This document shows, piece by piece, positions 49,361-60,400 of a DNA stretch of 64,000 nucleotides. Source of the stretch: Lama guanicoe (Eukaryota); assembly GCA_013239625.1 (NCBI GenBank), contig MU057352.1, forward strand, positions 23,452,764 to 23,516,763, written 5' to 3'. Numbering within the stretch: position 1 is the first letter of the stretch; each line of letters opens with the position of its first letter. The notes under the pieces are model-generated. The model ran no database searches and was not told the origin of the DNA. It saw only the letters and a list, made by a program, of their open reading frames with translations. The translations under genes and the position numbers were made by a program.

Positions 49361-49879
49361 GGGTGACTCCACTTTTCTTGCCATCTCTCACCCCTTGATT
49401 TTGCGTTTCACTGACTTCCATGTCTCTCTTTCGCCCTGAGATTCCGGAGGAAGGGGCAGTGGTGGGTCCCGCGGCCAGAGGCCAGAGCTCCCTGCAGACG
49501 AAGCTCCAGTGTGGACGGAGGAGGTCGGAGTGACCACACGATTCGGGTGCGGCAGCCTCTGCTGAGGACACATGCTCGGGGCTCTTCCCCTCTTGAATTT
49601 TTGGGAAGTCCTGCCCTGCTCTCAAGTAATAATCTTGCTCTCATCAGAAAGGGAAGGAGAAGTGGGTCCTCCCTCTCCCTGGAGCCCTTCCCGCCAGCGA
49701 GCCCTCTCCGCTTCCTTCCCTCTGGCCGCGCTTCCTTCCCTCTCTCCCTCTTCGTGGCGGTCGTAGTGATACGTTTCCTTGGGTTTATTTCGCGTCTGTC
49801 TTCCTCCACCAGGCTGGGATCCTGCAAGGGCCAGGATTTTGTCTACAGCAGTGGTGACAGTAGAAGCCTGTGCTTCTAA

Positions 49880-50095
49880 CGCACCCGCCCGTGTGCCAGG
49901 CAGCGTTGTAGTGCTTCGTTTTTGCCGAGCCCCGTCATCCTCAGGAGACCCTCTTGAGGTGTAGATACTGTTGTTGCCTTCATTTTACAGGTGGGGAAAC
50001 CGAGGCACAGAAAGGGTAAGTAATGCGGCCCAGCTCTCCCATCTAGTAGATGTAAAACCAGGACGCAAAGTGCAGTCACTTCTGACCCCTCTGCT
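49880..50095 (-). mobile_element. MIR SINE
   Basis: cattttacaggtggggaaaccgaggcacagaaagggtaagtaa. Confidence 0.8.
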
Positions 50096-50859
50096 GGGCC
50101 ACCTGGTGCTTCCCCGGGGGCACTCAGCGAACAGGCGGTGCGTGAGTCAGAGGGCCGCTGTCCCATCTCTCAGGAAAGTCCCCTCTGCAGTTTCTGCACT
50201 GGGTTCAGGGCTGGCAGCAGAGAAGAGAGGAGGGGACTCGGTCGCCACATGGGGTCCCCCATTCACTGATGGGGTGACTGTCGGTGAATCCCTTAGCTTC
50301 AGTGAGCCTTGGTGTTCTTAGCTCAGAATGGGAGCAGTGCTGGTCACCTGTGATAGGAAAGGAAAATCTGAGAGCGAGCGGGTAGCGTGTGCTCAAAAAG
50401 TGTCACCTGCCTTGCTCTCTTAGAGGGCTTCTTGTTTTGGGCGAGAGCATGTGACACCCCCTTTTCAGCTGGAAGGGAGGAGACCTTGGCCAGGGTGACA
50501 AGGAGAAGGGCTGGGCTTAGGTGTGACAGGACGCGGAGGGGCTGGACTTCAGGCATCCTCCCTCCTCACTTCTCCTCTCCCTGTGCCATTACCTGAAGTT
50601 GGAGTTTTCACTCACTTCCAGTTACAGGGCCAAGTGTCGGGGGTCTGGCGATCCCCTGCCCAGGCCAGGAGATTGAAGGACCCCCGGAGCACCCTGAATC
50701 TCTGGACACTACAGCGAAGAGCTGCTTTGTCATTGGAGCTTCCATCTCCCAGTGTCTGTTTCCCCTTCTCGGGGTCTCTGCAGCACCTGGGTGACAGCCC
50801 CATCTACCCTAAAGACAGTGGCATTTGGAGTCATAGACACTGAGCTTCACCCGTCAGTA

Positions 50860-51010
50860 AGTGGAGTCCTTGACCAGTATGCCGAAGCCAGAATGGGCTC
50901 TGGTCCTGACTCCATCATTTACCAGCAGTGTGGTCACGGATGAGTTTCTTAATGACTTTGTGCCTTGGTTTTCTCATCTGTGAAACAGGATGCTGACGAT
51001 AGCACCCATC
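50860..51010 (+). mobile_element. MIR SINE 5' part, continuing at 51470-51516 and 52009-52055
   Basis: tcctgactccatcatttaccagcagtgtg...gtgccttggttttctcatctgtgaaacaggatg. Confidence 0.75.
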
Positions 51011-51468
51011 TCTGGTAGACTGAACTACTGGTTCCAGGTCTTCTCTCCTCCATGATAAAATTATTACATGTTGCCTTTGCCATGGCCTCAGGGTGGGTGA
51101 CTGGACTCCATCACCCTTGGATTAGGGTCTTAGCCAAGTGACATGCTTCAGTCCAGTGGATGTTAGCAACGTAAGCAGAACGGAGGATGGAACCATGAGT
51201 GCAGCTGGGCTTACTTTCCTGTGTGCCGTTCATCGTGTGCCTTTGGTACCTTCAGTAGCATTCCATCCACAGAGGATGAGAGGCTTGGAGCAGATTCAGA
51301 ATTCACACCTATCCTGGAGCCAAGCTCAGACAAACCTTCCCTACATCATCTCACTGCCAGCTGACTAACAGACATGTGAGTGAGAAATAAATACTTATCA
51401 CTGTATGCTGCTGAGTTTGGGGGTGTTTTGTTATGCAGCATTCTTATAGCCATCGCAGACTAATATAA
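51011..51468 (+). mobile_element. MLT1H-like MaLR LTR
   Basis: gtgacatgcttcagtccagtggatgttagca, cagacatgtgagtgagaaataaatactta, ttgttatgcagcatt...gactaata. Confidence 0.8.
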
Positions 51469-51516
51469 CAGCTCACAGGATTATTATAGAAATAATTAAT
51501 AAGGTGAGTTGATCCA

Positions 51517-52008
51517 AGTATAATTTTTTTTATTGCTGCCATAACAAATGGCCACAAATTCAGTGGCTTAAAACAACACAAATTCGTTATCTTACTGTTC
51601 CATAGGTTAGAATCCAATGTGGGTCTCACTGGGCTAAAATCAAGGAACACAGGGTTGGGTCCTTCTGGAGGCTCCAGCAGAGAATCTGCTTCCTTGTCTT
51701 TTCCAGCTTCTGAAGGCTGCCTGCTTTCCTTGGCTTTCAGCCCCTCCCTCCGTCTTCAGAGCCAGCAACGTGACCTCTCTCTATGTCTTTCTTCCTGAGT
51801 CACATCTTTCTCTGGCTCCCTCTTCCATTGTTAAGGACACTGGCTGATTAGGCCCACAGAAACCATGCAGGATAATCTTGCTGTTTAAGGTCAGCATGTT
51901 AACCGTGTATTTCCATCTGCAGCCTGAATTCCCCTTTGCCTTGTAACCTAACACAGCCACAGATTTCAGCGACTTGGGCACAGGCATCTCCGTGGGGCCG
52001 TTATTCTG
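51517..52008 (-). mobile_element. MLT1D-like MaLR LTR
   Basis: tattgctgccataacaaatggccacaaattcagtggcttaaaacaacacaaatt, gggtctcactgggctaaaatcaagg, ggggccgttattctg. Confidence 0.9.
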
Positions 52009-53354
52009 AAGGTCAGGCATGTAGAACATGGCCTTGCATGCACTAAACACTTGTACACACGTGGGTATATTTTCAGCCTTAGCTTTCTCGTCTGCGAGAT
52101 GAGTGGGAGACAGTCCCATCCGATGTCTACATGGGATCCTCAAAAAAATCTTTTTTTCCTGGACATGTTGCCTCTAGGAGACATATTTCACCCCTTGGCC
52201 TTGGACGGACGGAAGGCAGTGGGTTTATAGGAAGGGGATGAGGTCAGTTTCCTCGCTGGCTGTGGATGATGACATTGCTACTGATTAGCTGTCTTAACAA
52301 CCCTCCTTTTCTCCTCACTATCAGTCCGCAGAGGCCCCCAGCACGGGGGACTGGCCGGACGACCAGCAGGGCCAGGATGGGCCAGTCCAGAGCCACCAGC
52401 CGGTATCTCCACATGCCCGGCTGGTTCCGTCCTTCGACAGGTCCCTCTGATCTTCCTGCATACAATAGATTGCAGGGAAAAAGAAACTTCCTGGGCCGAC
52501 TGATACGAATTTGAAGGAAACAGCTGGCTTTGGTTGGGGTGAGGAAACAAAATACAGTGACCGTGAACGTCTCACCAGTCTGCGTTAGTTGAGGAACAGC
52601 CGGGTGGCTGTGGGATACACCAGAGGTGCTGGGAAGGTGCGAGTTCCTACACAGGCAAGTTAGATTCCCGTGTGGGAACAGAGTGGTGTTCACCAGTAGG
52701 AGGAGAAGAGCCCAGGTATGGGGGTTCCTGGGTTTTGGAGGCTCCATCAGTGACTTACTGTGTTAACATGAGGTCAGCGACACCTGCTCTGTCCCCCGAT
52801 GTCCTTACAGTGGCAAAGTGGAGTTTGCTGGACTTTACCCCCAGTCAAAAGTAAATGCTATGGTAATGACCAGCACTTAAGATGAAACTAAAAAGAATCA
52901 TGAAAAGAACTTGACAGGTTTTTGGACATCCCCAAGCTTACACGGGGAAGCGAGGCCAGAGACGTGAAGTATGGTCTGAGATCACACAGCCAGCTGGGGG
53001 TGAAGCCAGATCCTGGAACTAACCTTGGTTTCTTCCCTCCTTTTAAGTAGACACTCCATGCTGCCATCTTTGTTACTGTCACATGTTGACCGAAGTAGAG
53101 ATGGTCTGTTGACCGTGTACTCTAGACTTATTCCCCAGTGGCTTTTTGCCACGTGCTTTAGGCACCCCATGGTTTCATGTGACTGGCGCTGACTGCAAGT
53201 GTCACTTAACTTTGCCGATTCTGTGATTGATGATGGTAAATCCTGACTGTGGGCTGAGGGTGTTGGGCTCAGGTTTGCAGGGCTGACTGATCCAGAGTGG
53301 GGAAGATGCAGTATGATCATCACTTTCATGCGTCAGCTTGGCTAAGCTACGGTC

Positions 53355-53402
53355 TGTGTGTGTGTGTGTGTGTGTGCACGCGCGTGTGTGTGTGTGTACA
53401 CA
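53355..53402. repeat. Alternating purine-pyrimidine microsatellite (TG)11-CA-(CG)3-(TG)6-TACACA
   Basis: read directly; uninterrupted YR alternation over 48 bp. Confidence 0.95.
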
Positions 53403-53589
53403 GGCAGGAGAAATTGACTCCAGCTCTCAATGGGAGAAACAACACGGGGGTACAGAAATGGGAGGGATTCTTGGCAGACATTGTGGACACAGTCTACCCC
53501 AGGGGGCAAGTTGCTTGTTTAAGTTTGTGACTCCCTGTCTCGACTCTGTTTAACCTCTTGGGTTATCTCTTCTAACAGGGTGAGGCTGA

Positions 53590-53760
53590 AAGGAGTCCTG
53601 GAGCCAGCTTGTCTTGTTCCAAACCCTGCCTTGACCACTGCCTAACTGTGGGACCCGAGGCAGGTTTCATGTTCTCTCCTTGCCTCAGTCTTCATCGGGA
53701 AAATGGGTATTAGTGCTAGAGTAGAGTGTGGATGAGGATTAAGTGACATCTGTGCGTGCA
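53590..53760 (+). mobile_element. MIR SINE
   Basis: ttgcctcagtcttcatcgggaaaatggg...tgaggattaagtga. Confidence 0.65.
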
Positions 53761-53875
53761 CATCTACCACTGCAGCCTGCAGAGTCGGGTATGTGTGTGA
53801 GGGGATGCTTTAAGCTGGGGTCTGGGGTTCAGTCTTTTTTCCCCCAATAAATAAGTACTGAACACCTGAGAAAAA

Positions 53876-54035
53876 CCACATGCACATGTACGTATGTGTG
53901 GATATGCACGCATACATAGGCATATGCATGTGTATATGTGTGTCTGTGTGTACATGTATGTATATATGAAAGCCTGTACATATATGTTTGCACATACACA
54001 CATATATGTGGTTTTGTATCTCTCTGTGTACGTGT
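53876..54035. repeat. Low-complexity (TG/TA/CA)n tract
   Basis: catgcacatgtacgtatgtgtggatatgcacgcatacata... Confidence 0.8.
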
Positions 54036-54289
54036 ATAACTTAGTGTGTAGCTTGTGAGACTGTTTCCCTGTTGATGCATATGTTTGCAGCCTGCCTTCC
54101 CCTGGGCCAAGTCCAGTGTTTTCCAGAGAATGTTAAAGTTGGATCTGACAGCTGGCGCCCAGCTGGGTCTTGAACTGAGGCCTTCTGAGGCCAAAGCCTG
54201 CCTTCTCGACTGCGGGAGTGGTCCCCACGCCCGCCCTTGGGAAGCGTGAGAAGTAGCAGCGGGCCCTGGTGAAATACGGGTTATTCCCA

Positions 54290-54460
54290 GGCCCCGCCCC
54301 AGGCCTGCTGACACCAAGAAGCAGACCCAGACTCAGGACAGTTCGCCAGTCGCTCCGGGTGATGTGGGGGGAAACCTGCGCTGTGCTGCTTCTGCACCGG
54401 CTGGCCTCCTAGCGGCCTGGGGCTGCCCCCAGCGGTGCCGCCTTCACTTTCCGCTTAAAA
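54290..54460. promoter_or_regulatory. GC-box plus CTCF-like motif
   Basis: GGCCCCGCCCC at ~54290; minus-strand GGCCGCTAGGAGGCCAG at 54401-54417. Confidence 0.35.
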
Positions 54461-56354
54461 TGCTTGCCTTTCCCCTCCCAGAAAAACCTACTGCATTCTG
54501 CTCACGCACAGCCAGCATCTCAGAGGGGCACGGAACACAGGGCCGGTCTCATATTTGGATTTGCAGTCTAATTTAGCTCTCCCACATCACTGGGAAAGAC
54601 GCGCTATCCTGGCCTCACCTTTCCCAGACTGAGCTGAGGTCGGCCTTAGCCCTGGGTGGCCAGACCACCCTGGGCCTCCTTCCCTTTCACAGGGAGCTGA
54701 TTTCCCCCGAGGTACGGCTTTTGGGTGATGCGACCTCATTGCTTTGTTCGTTCCCTGAGTCTCCCGGCTAAGGAAAAAACAGCCACCATTTACTGAGCGT
54801 CTAGGCTGCATACAAGCATTGCTCAAATAAGTACCCCGCAGAAAGCTATTACTGTCCTGAAGCGGGGAGATAATAAATAATCCACAGAAGGGCACAGAGC
54901 CAGCATCGTGCCCACACAGCCAACCCTATGCATCTAACAGGAAAGTCCTTTCTTTTGACTGTCCCAGAGGTGAGTTATGTCGGATTTGTTTTCAAGGTCG
55001 TAGGTCCTTCTCTTTAATGTATGTGAACAAAATTTTGCAGAGAAAAAAAAAATTTTAATGTCAAATGTACCGACTGGCCTTGGGATTACAAACACATTCC
55101 AAAAGTCAGGAGCCGGCCGGGCGCTGGCCGAGCTGGAAAGTACAGCAGAGGGGGAGCCTGGCTGGGACCGGGAACTGGGACTTACGCTCCTCACTGCCTT
55201 GCCCTGTTCAGTCTTTCAGTGGTAAACGTGTTTTCTTCGCCGCACCTTGGCATCCATCATGATTTAAATTTCAGGTTGTCAACCATCGTAGAAAGGGGTA
55301 CGGATCTTGGCATTAAGTGCCCCTCGTCATGTGTGCAGGGCTGTGCTCGCGTGGAGCGCCGTCCAAACCTGAGCCGGTCCTCGTGGTTGCCCCGAGAGGT
55401 CACCCACTGCAGCTGAGGAAGACGGAGGCTCCCGTGGTGGAGTCATCCGCCTGGCTCTAAGTCCAAACACTTGACTCATCAGAGCAACCGAGACTCCTGT
55501 GTACTTGACTGTTAGGGGTGAGTGTGTGAAGCATAATCGAGGCTGCATTCAAATTACAGGAAAAGATCACTGTTCTTCATGAGCCAGCAGCCCCTCTGCA
55601 GATACCGTAGAACCTCTGACCACTGTGTGCGCTGACGTGTTTACGGGACCAGCTTCCCGGGGAAGCGGGAGCTCTCTGCCTCAGCTACCTCCATCCTCCA
55701 GTGCGTCACCCAGACTTGTGACGGCCTCTTCCCAAGGATGCCCTGGAGAAGTTAACGCGTAGCGATTCCTACCAATCAGACCACTTGGAAGTATTGGACT
55801 CCTGCCTGGGCACCCGCTGTCCTTCGCTTCTTATTGCAAAGCACGGAGGTATCTCCTCTGGAAAAATCCACAAACCCAGACAAACAAAAAGAAGCTGAAA
55901 ACGCTTCTGTTATGACTCAGAGGGGACTGATTAAATGAACTAAAGCAAAGGCATGTGTATACACTTGTAATACTGTGGACATATACACGTTAGTTTGTAA
56001 ATGGCTCTTTGACTAAATACGTGATAAATAATCTTCCCACGTCAGCAGGTGCACGTCTGCTCTGTCGCCGTTTGATCGTTGGGACACCCAGCTGCTCTGT
56101 CCTTCAGCACCTGGGGCAGCCGCTTGTGCATTCGCCTGTTGCAGTATCATGACCAGGGCTTCACTGAATGTGCTCCTACTGAAGTCCCTGCTGCTGCACT
56201 TTCCTACTTTGTTAGGATGTATTCCCATAAAATGGAACGGCTGAAACAGGGGCTGCTTAGGTCATTTAATTTGCCACGTTCCCCTTCAGGAAGTTTGGAC
56301 AGTTTCTCCTCCTACCACCACACGTGAGACCACCATGTCCTGAGTCCTCCTCGA

Positions 56355-56390
56355 CAGGACCCTCCTGTCTCGGCAGGACCCTCCTCTCTC
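56355..56390. repeat. 19-bp tandem duplication (CAGGACCCTCCTsTCTC x2)
   Basis: read directly. Confidence 0.85.
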
Positions 56391-56863
56391 CTGGCACAGC
56401 CCCAGGCTCAAGGCTGTTCCCAGCCCACGCGTCCCTTCTTCAGAGGCCCTCCCTCACCGTGAACACGTCTGCTGTTCCTCCTTCCAGCCCTTGGTTTCCG
56501 TAACGCCCGTCTCAAATCAATTAAGTCATGACTTGTGGTGTTTGGAGCTGAGCCTGAGTGGAGCTGGTTCCCTCATGTCCTGGTGGCCGGCTCGGTGTTT
56601 TATAATGGTCAGAAGCGAGGACTCCCATCAGCAAGATCTGGATTCACTGTGACTCTGTCACTTTGGTCACCTAAATCTTCACTTTCCCAGCTGAGTTATC
56701 ACACAGAGATGGCACGGAGATGGTGAGGTTTAAATGAGATACGGTGTGGGAAGGGCGCTGCTCACAGCTTAACACAGGTAAATGCCCAGCGTTGTTGCCC
56801 AGGGTGTGGATAGTGGGTGGTGAGTGCTCGTGTGTACCAGGTACTGTTTTAAGTGCTTTACAT

Positions 56864-57202
56864 AAAGGGTTGGCAAACTGTGGTTCAGGGGCCAAATCCA
56901 GCTCGCCACCTGTTCTGGTACAGCCCAGGAGTTAAGAATGGTATTTAAGTTTCTGAAAGGTCAAGAAAAAAATCAAAAGAAGAATCATGTTTTGTGATAC
57001 GTGGAAACTGCGTGGAATGGAATTTCGTTGTCCATAAATAAAGTTTTATTGGAAGATAGCATGCTGTTTCTTTTTACGTATTGTTTATGGTGGCTTTTGG
57101 GTGACGGTGGAGGATGTGGGTAGCTGAGACAGAGGTGGCATGGCCCACAAAGCCCAAAATATTTCCTGGCTGGCCCTTTACAGGGAGAGTTGCTGACTGT
57201 TG
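56864..57202 (+). mobile_element. MER58 (hAT-Charlie) inserted into a minus-strand MIR
   Basis: gggttggcaaact..ggggccaaatccagc, aataaagttttattggaa, tggcccacaaagcccaaaatattt..ctggccctttacag; MIR halves at 56825-56863 and 57203-57350. Confidence 0.88.
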
Positions 57203-57797
57203 GGTTACGTGTCTGAGCTCATCTAACTCTGCATAGTGCAGGCTGTGGCTGTCACCGCCCCACCGTACACGTGGGGAAGTGAGGAGCCGACAAGTTAAGA
57301 AGTGGGCTGAAGTCAGACACAGCTTATAAGTGGTAAAGTGGGGGTTTGGTTGCCAAAGATGGTGCCACCATAGGGCAGGTTTCTGGTCTTTGCAGGTGAG
57401 GGACTTGAGTCTGGGGGAAGTGAAGTCATGCATTCGCGAGTGTTCAGATCAGGATTTAGAACCGGGCCCATCGGACCTCAGAGTTCTTGATGTTTCTCTC
57501 ATAATGGGCTCTTTCCCCGTCTCTAGTCTCCTAGCATCAACTGCCAAACGCAGGACCAAACGTGCAGAGGAACTGCGTATGTCCTAAAACTGCAGGTGCC
57601 TGAGAGCAGGGAGACGGTACAAGACTGGGTGAGGTGAGGTGCTTTCTCCTTAGTGCTGACTCAGTAAATGTTTGTGGGATGATTTTTTTTTTTGGAAAGC
57701 TATTCAGACTGTTTATTCCATATTTATAGGAAAATGGAGAACTCTTCATCACCAACGTCCTCCAGACTTTCACCCCCCAGACTTGTTTATGCTGATT

Positions 57798-58028
57798 GTA
57801 TTAGTCAAGGTTCAGCCAGAGGAATTGAATCAGTTGCAAGGAATTGGCTTGCATGATTGTATGGTCTGACAAGACAAGTCTGAAATCCATAGGTCAGGCT
57901 GTCAGGAAGGGCAGGTTGGAACACCTGGGAAATGAGCTGAAGCTGCTTTCCACAGGCAGAGTTTCTTCTTTTGGGAAGCCTAAGCTCTTAAGGCCTTTCA
58001 ACTGCTTGAATCAGGCCCACCAGATGTT
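57798..58028 (-). mobile_element. MLT2 (ERVL) LTR fragment
   Basis: tgtattagtcaaggttc, aaggaattggcttgcatgatt, caagtctgaaatccatagg, ttaaggcctttcaactg..aggcccacc. Confidence 0.8.
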
Positions 58029-58304
58029 TGTGGGATGATTGAGTCTGATGAACAGCTCCTGGACTCTTTAAGAGTTTAGACAGGGACCCTCGGAAAAAGC
58101 AGCAAACCCTAGGACCTTCTCATGGGAAGGCGACCTTCCTGGACAGCAGTTATGCTCCCCAGCTGGCATGGGGCGGGGAGGGAGGGACTCCTGAGCCAAC
58201 AGACACTTCTTCAGCTAAAATTCCACCGAAGTTAAAATTTCATTGCTGTCTTTCTTTTCCATGCATCACCACTGGCTCTACTTCTGTCGATTCTGAATAT
58301 TTGT

Positions 58305-58858
58305 TTTCTTTAAACAACTTAGTGGAGATAGAATTCACATACCGTACAATTAATTTATCAGTCTTAGAACTTTTTCACCACCTTAAAAAGGAATCTTGTC
58401 CCCTTTAGCTGTCCCTTCCCCATCCCCCTTCCACCCCCGATCCTGAACAACCTGCAGTCCACTCCCTGTTGCTATGGACTCGCCTTTTCTGGCCATTCCA
58501 TGTAAGTGGAGCCATACAGCATGTGGTCTTTTGTGACTGGCCTGTTTCACTTGGCACGATGGTTTCAAGGTTCATCCACATTGTTTCCTGTCTGTACTTC
58601 ATGCCTCTTCATGCCCAAACAGTGTTCCATTGTATGGGTGTATACCGCATTTTATTCATTCATCAGTTGATGGACGTTGGGTTTTTCCTTTTTTGGGGGG
58701 GGTATTATGAATAATGCTGCTCTGAATGTTCAAGGCTGTGTGTGGATGTATGTTTCCACCTTTCTTGAGTATACATACCTAGGAGTGGGATTGCTGGGTC
58801 ACGTGGTAACTCTGTGTGTTACCTTTTGAGGAGCTGCCGGACTGTCTTCTGAAGCGCC
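58305..58858 (-). mobile_element. L1MB-type 3' end with ORF2 C-terminal remnant
   Basis: minus ORF MWMNLETIVPSETGQSQKTTCCM resembles the L1 ORF2 C-terminus; atacctaggagtgggattgctgggtc. Confidence 0.88.
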
Positions 58859-58894
58859 TCTAACTGCCTGTTCTTGAGCACCATTCGTGCTCGT

Positions 58895-59160
58895 CATGAA
58901 ACAGAACATGATCCCATGTATGTGGATTTTCAGAGCACGCAAAATGAATCAGCGGTGCTAGAAGTCAGCCCACTGCTTGCCTCCGGGTGAGGGAACTGTT
59001 TTATGTCTTGGTGGTTTAGGGTGTTTGGTATATGGTTCTGACAAATGTCAGAACTCATCAAACTGTTCCTTTTAAGATCTGGACATTTCACTGAGTGTTA
59101 ATTATGCCTAAATTAAAAAAAAAAACAAAACACATACAAATGAAAAAAAAAACAAAAACA
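58895..59160 (+). mobile_element. L1ME-type 3' end with A-rich tail
   Basis: ggtgctagaagtcag, tgtcagaactcatcaaactgt, catttcactg, then A-runs. Confidence 0.7.
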
Positions 59161-60019
59161 AAGGTACAGCGGGGGGTGGGAGCGGGGAGAAAAATAGTAC
59201 ATAAATTATCTCCTGACATGACTTGCGTTACCCACCTTCCCCTGGACAGAGGGCCTGTGCCTGGCAGGCAAGGCCAAGTGCATAAGGCTCTTAATTGATG
59301 TGATTAACTACGTCTCAATAGGGAGCCTCGTTAACATCAGTGGGGAGGAAAGGAGGTTGTTTTCCCTTCTTGGGACTAGGGGATGGCTGGAAGCGGGTCG
59401 CGGGGGCATGTGGGGGCTGTGTCTTGCAGTGGGGGAGGGGGCAGTGGGAGGTCTTATCCCAGGCCCTCCTGCTGCATTTCCCTTTGGTATTAAGATACTT
59501 TTGGAGGACGGGATCATTTTCTCAGTTGCTACAAAAAGCTGTGCTCCATTTTCATCTGTAGAGAGAAGACCAACCTGAATTTTTTTTTTTTGTATGTTTT
59601 CCAAGGCTGCATCACCCAGCAGTACAGAGGATTTAGACAGAACATGCTTTAATCCTTCCTAAATGCCTTAGTGGCTGATAAATAAACAACAGGAAACAAA
59701 CAAAAGAGAAGTGAATCATTTTCTCTCTCCCTCTTTAAATCTGCAAAGAAATATGGATTGACATAAATTCACAGAAGATTAGGATGGGATAGGCATCACT
59801 AATTGCCCATGTTAAAAAAAATCAGCGTTAGACATTTTTTTGATGCAAAAATTATATCATTTTATTGGTAGGCTAGAAAAAATAATCTATTTGGAGAAAA
59901 AAAAACTTAGAAGTATTAACACCACCATCATTTGGGGGAGGGTGTGATTACATATATTTTCTTATTGCTTATCTGTGATTAATTTTATTTGCGGCGGGGT
60001 CGGTGGTACCATGAGTATC

Positions 60020-60150
60020 AGGCCAGTTTGCAGCAGAGGAAACCGAGGCGCAGGAAGATAAGAAGCTTGCTCACAACCACGGGGCTAAGGAGTGGGGCCA
60101 GGATGCTCTCCCAGACAGCTGGCCTCTGGAACCCTCGTGCGTACCCACTG
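60020..60150 (-). mobile_element. MIR SINE fragment
   Basis: gaggaaaccgaggcgcagg..cttgctcacaaccac..agtggggccaggat. Confidence 0.6.
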
Positions 60151-60234
60151 TGCCTCAAGGCCTTGGGGGCGGCTCCCTTGCTCTCCTGGGGGCTGTCAGG
60201 AGTCACTGTGCCGTTGAGGGGAGAGCCTGGGCCG

Positions 60235-60400
60235 TGGGGCCAGGTCCTTGCCTTACTGTCCAGGTCCATGCACCTCAACCTCTATGAGCCTCAGATCTCC
60301 CATTTCTAAACTGGGACTAAGGGTTCCTCCCTCAAAGGGGTTGTTAAAAAGGCCCATGGAAATGGCAGTATTTTAAGGTGCTTGGTGCTTAGTAAACGGC
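60235..60400 (+). mobile_element. MIR SINE fragment
   Basis: aacctctatgagcctcagatctcccatttctaaactggga. Confidence 0.6.

Noticed and set aside
48756-49625. Longest ORF in the track (289 aa, minus) and other 150-206 aa ORFs (e.g. 4093-4749, 11468-12079)
   Set aside because: They overlap in several frames and on both strands, as expected by chance in GC-rich DNA; some cross MIR repeats; none has a recognisable domain.
52266-52514. Exon-like GC-rich ORF after a pyrimidine tract
   Set aside because: No convincing donor and no recognisable product in the frames checked.
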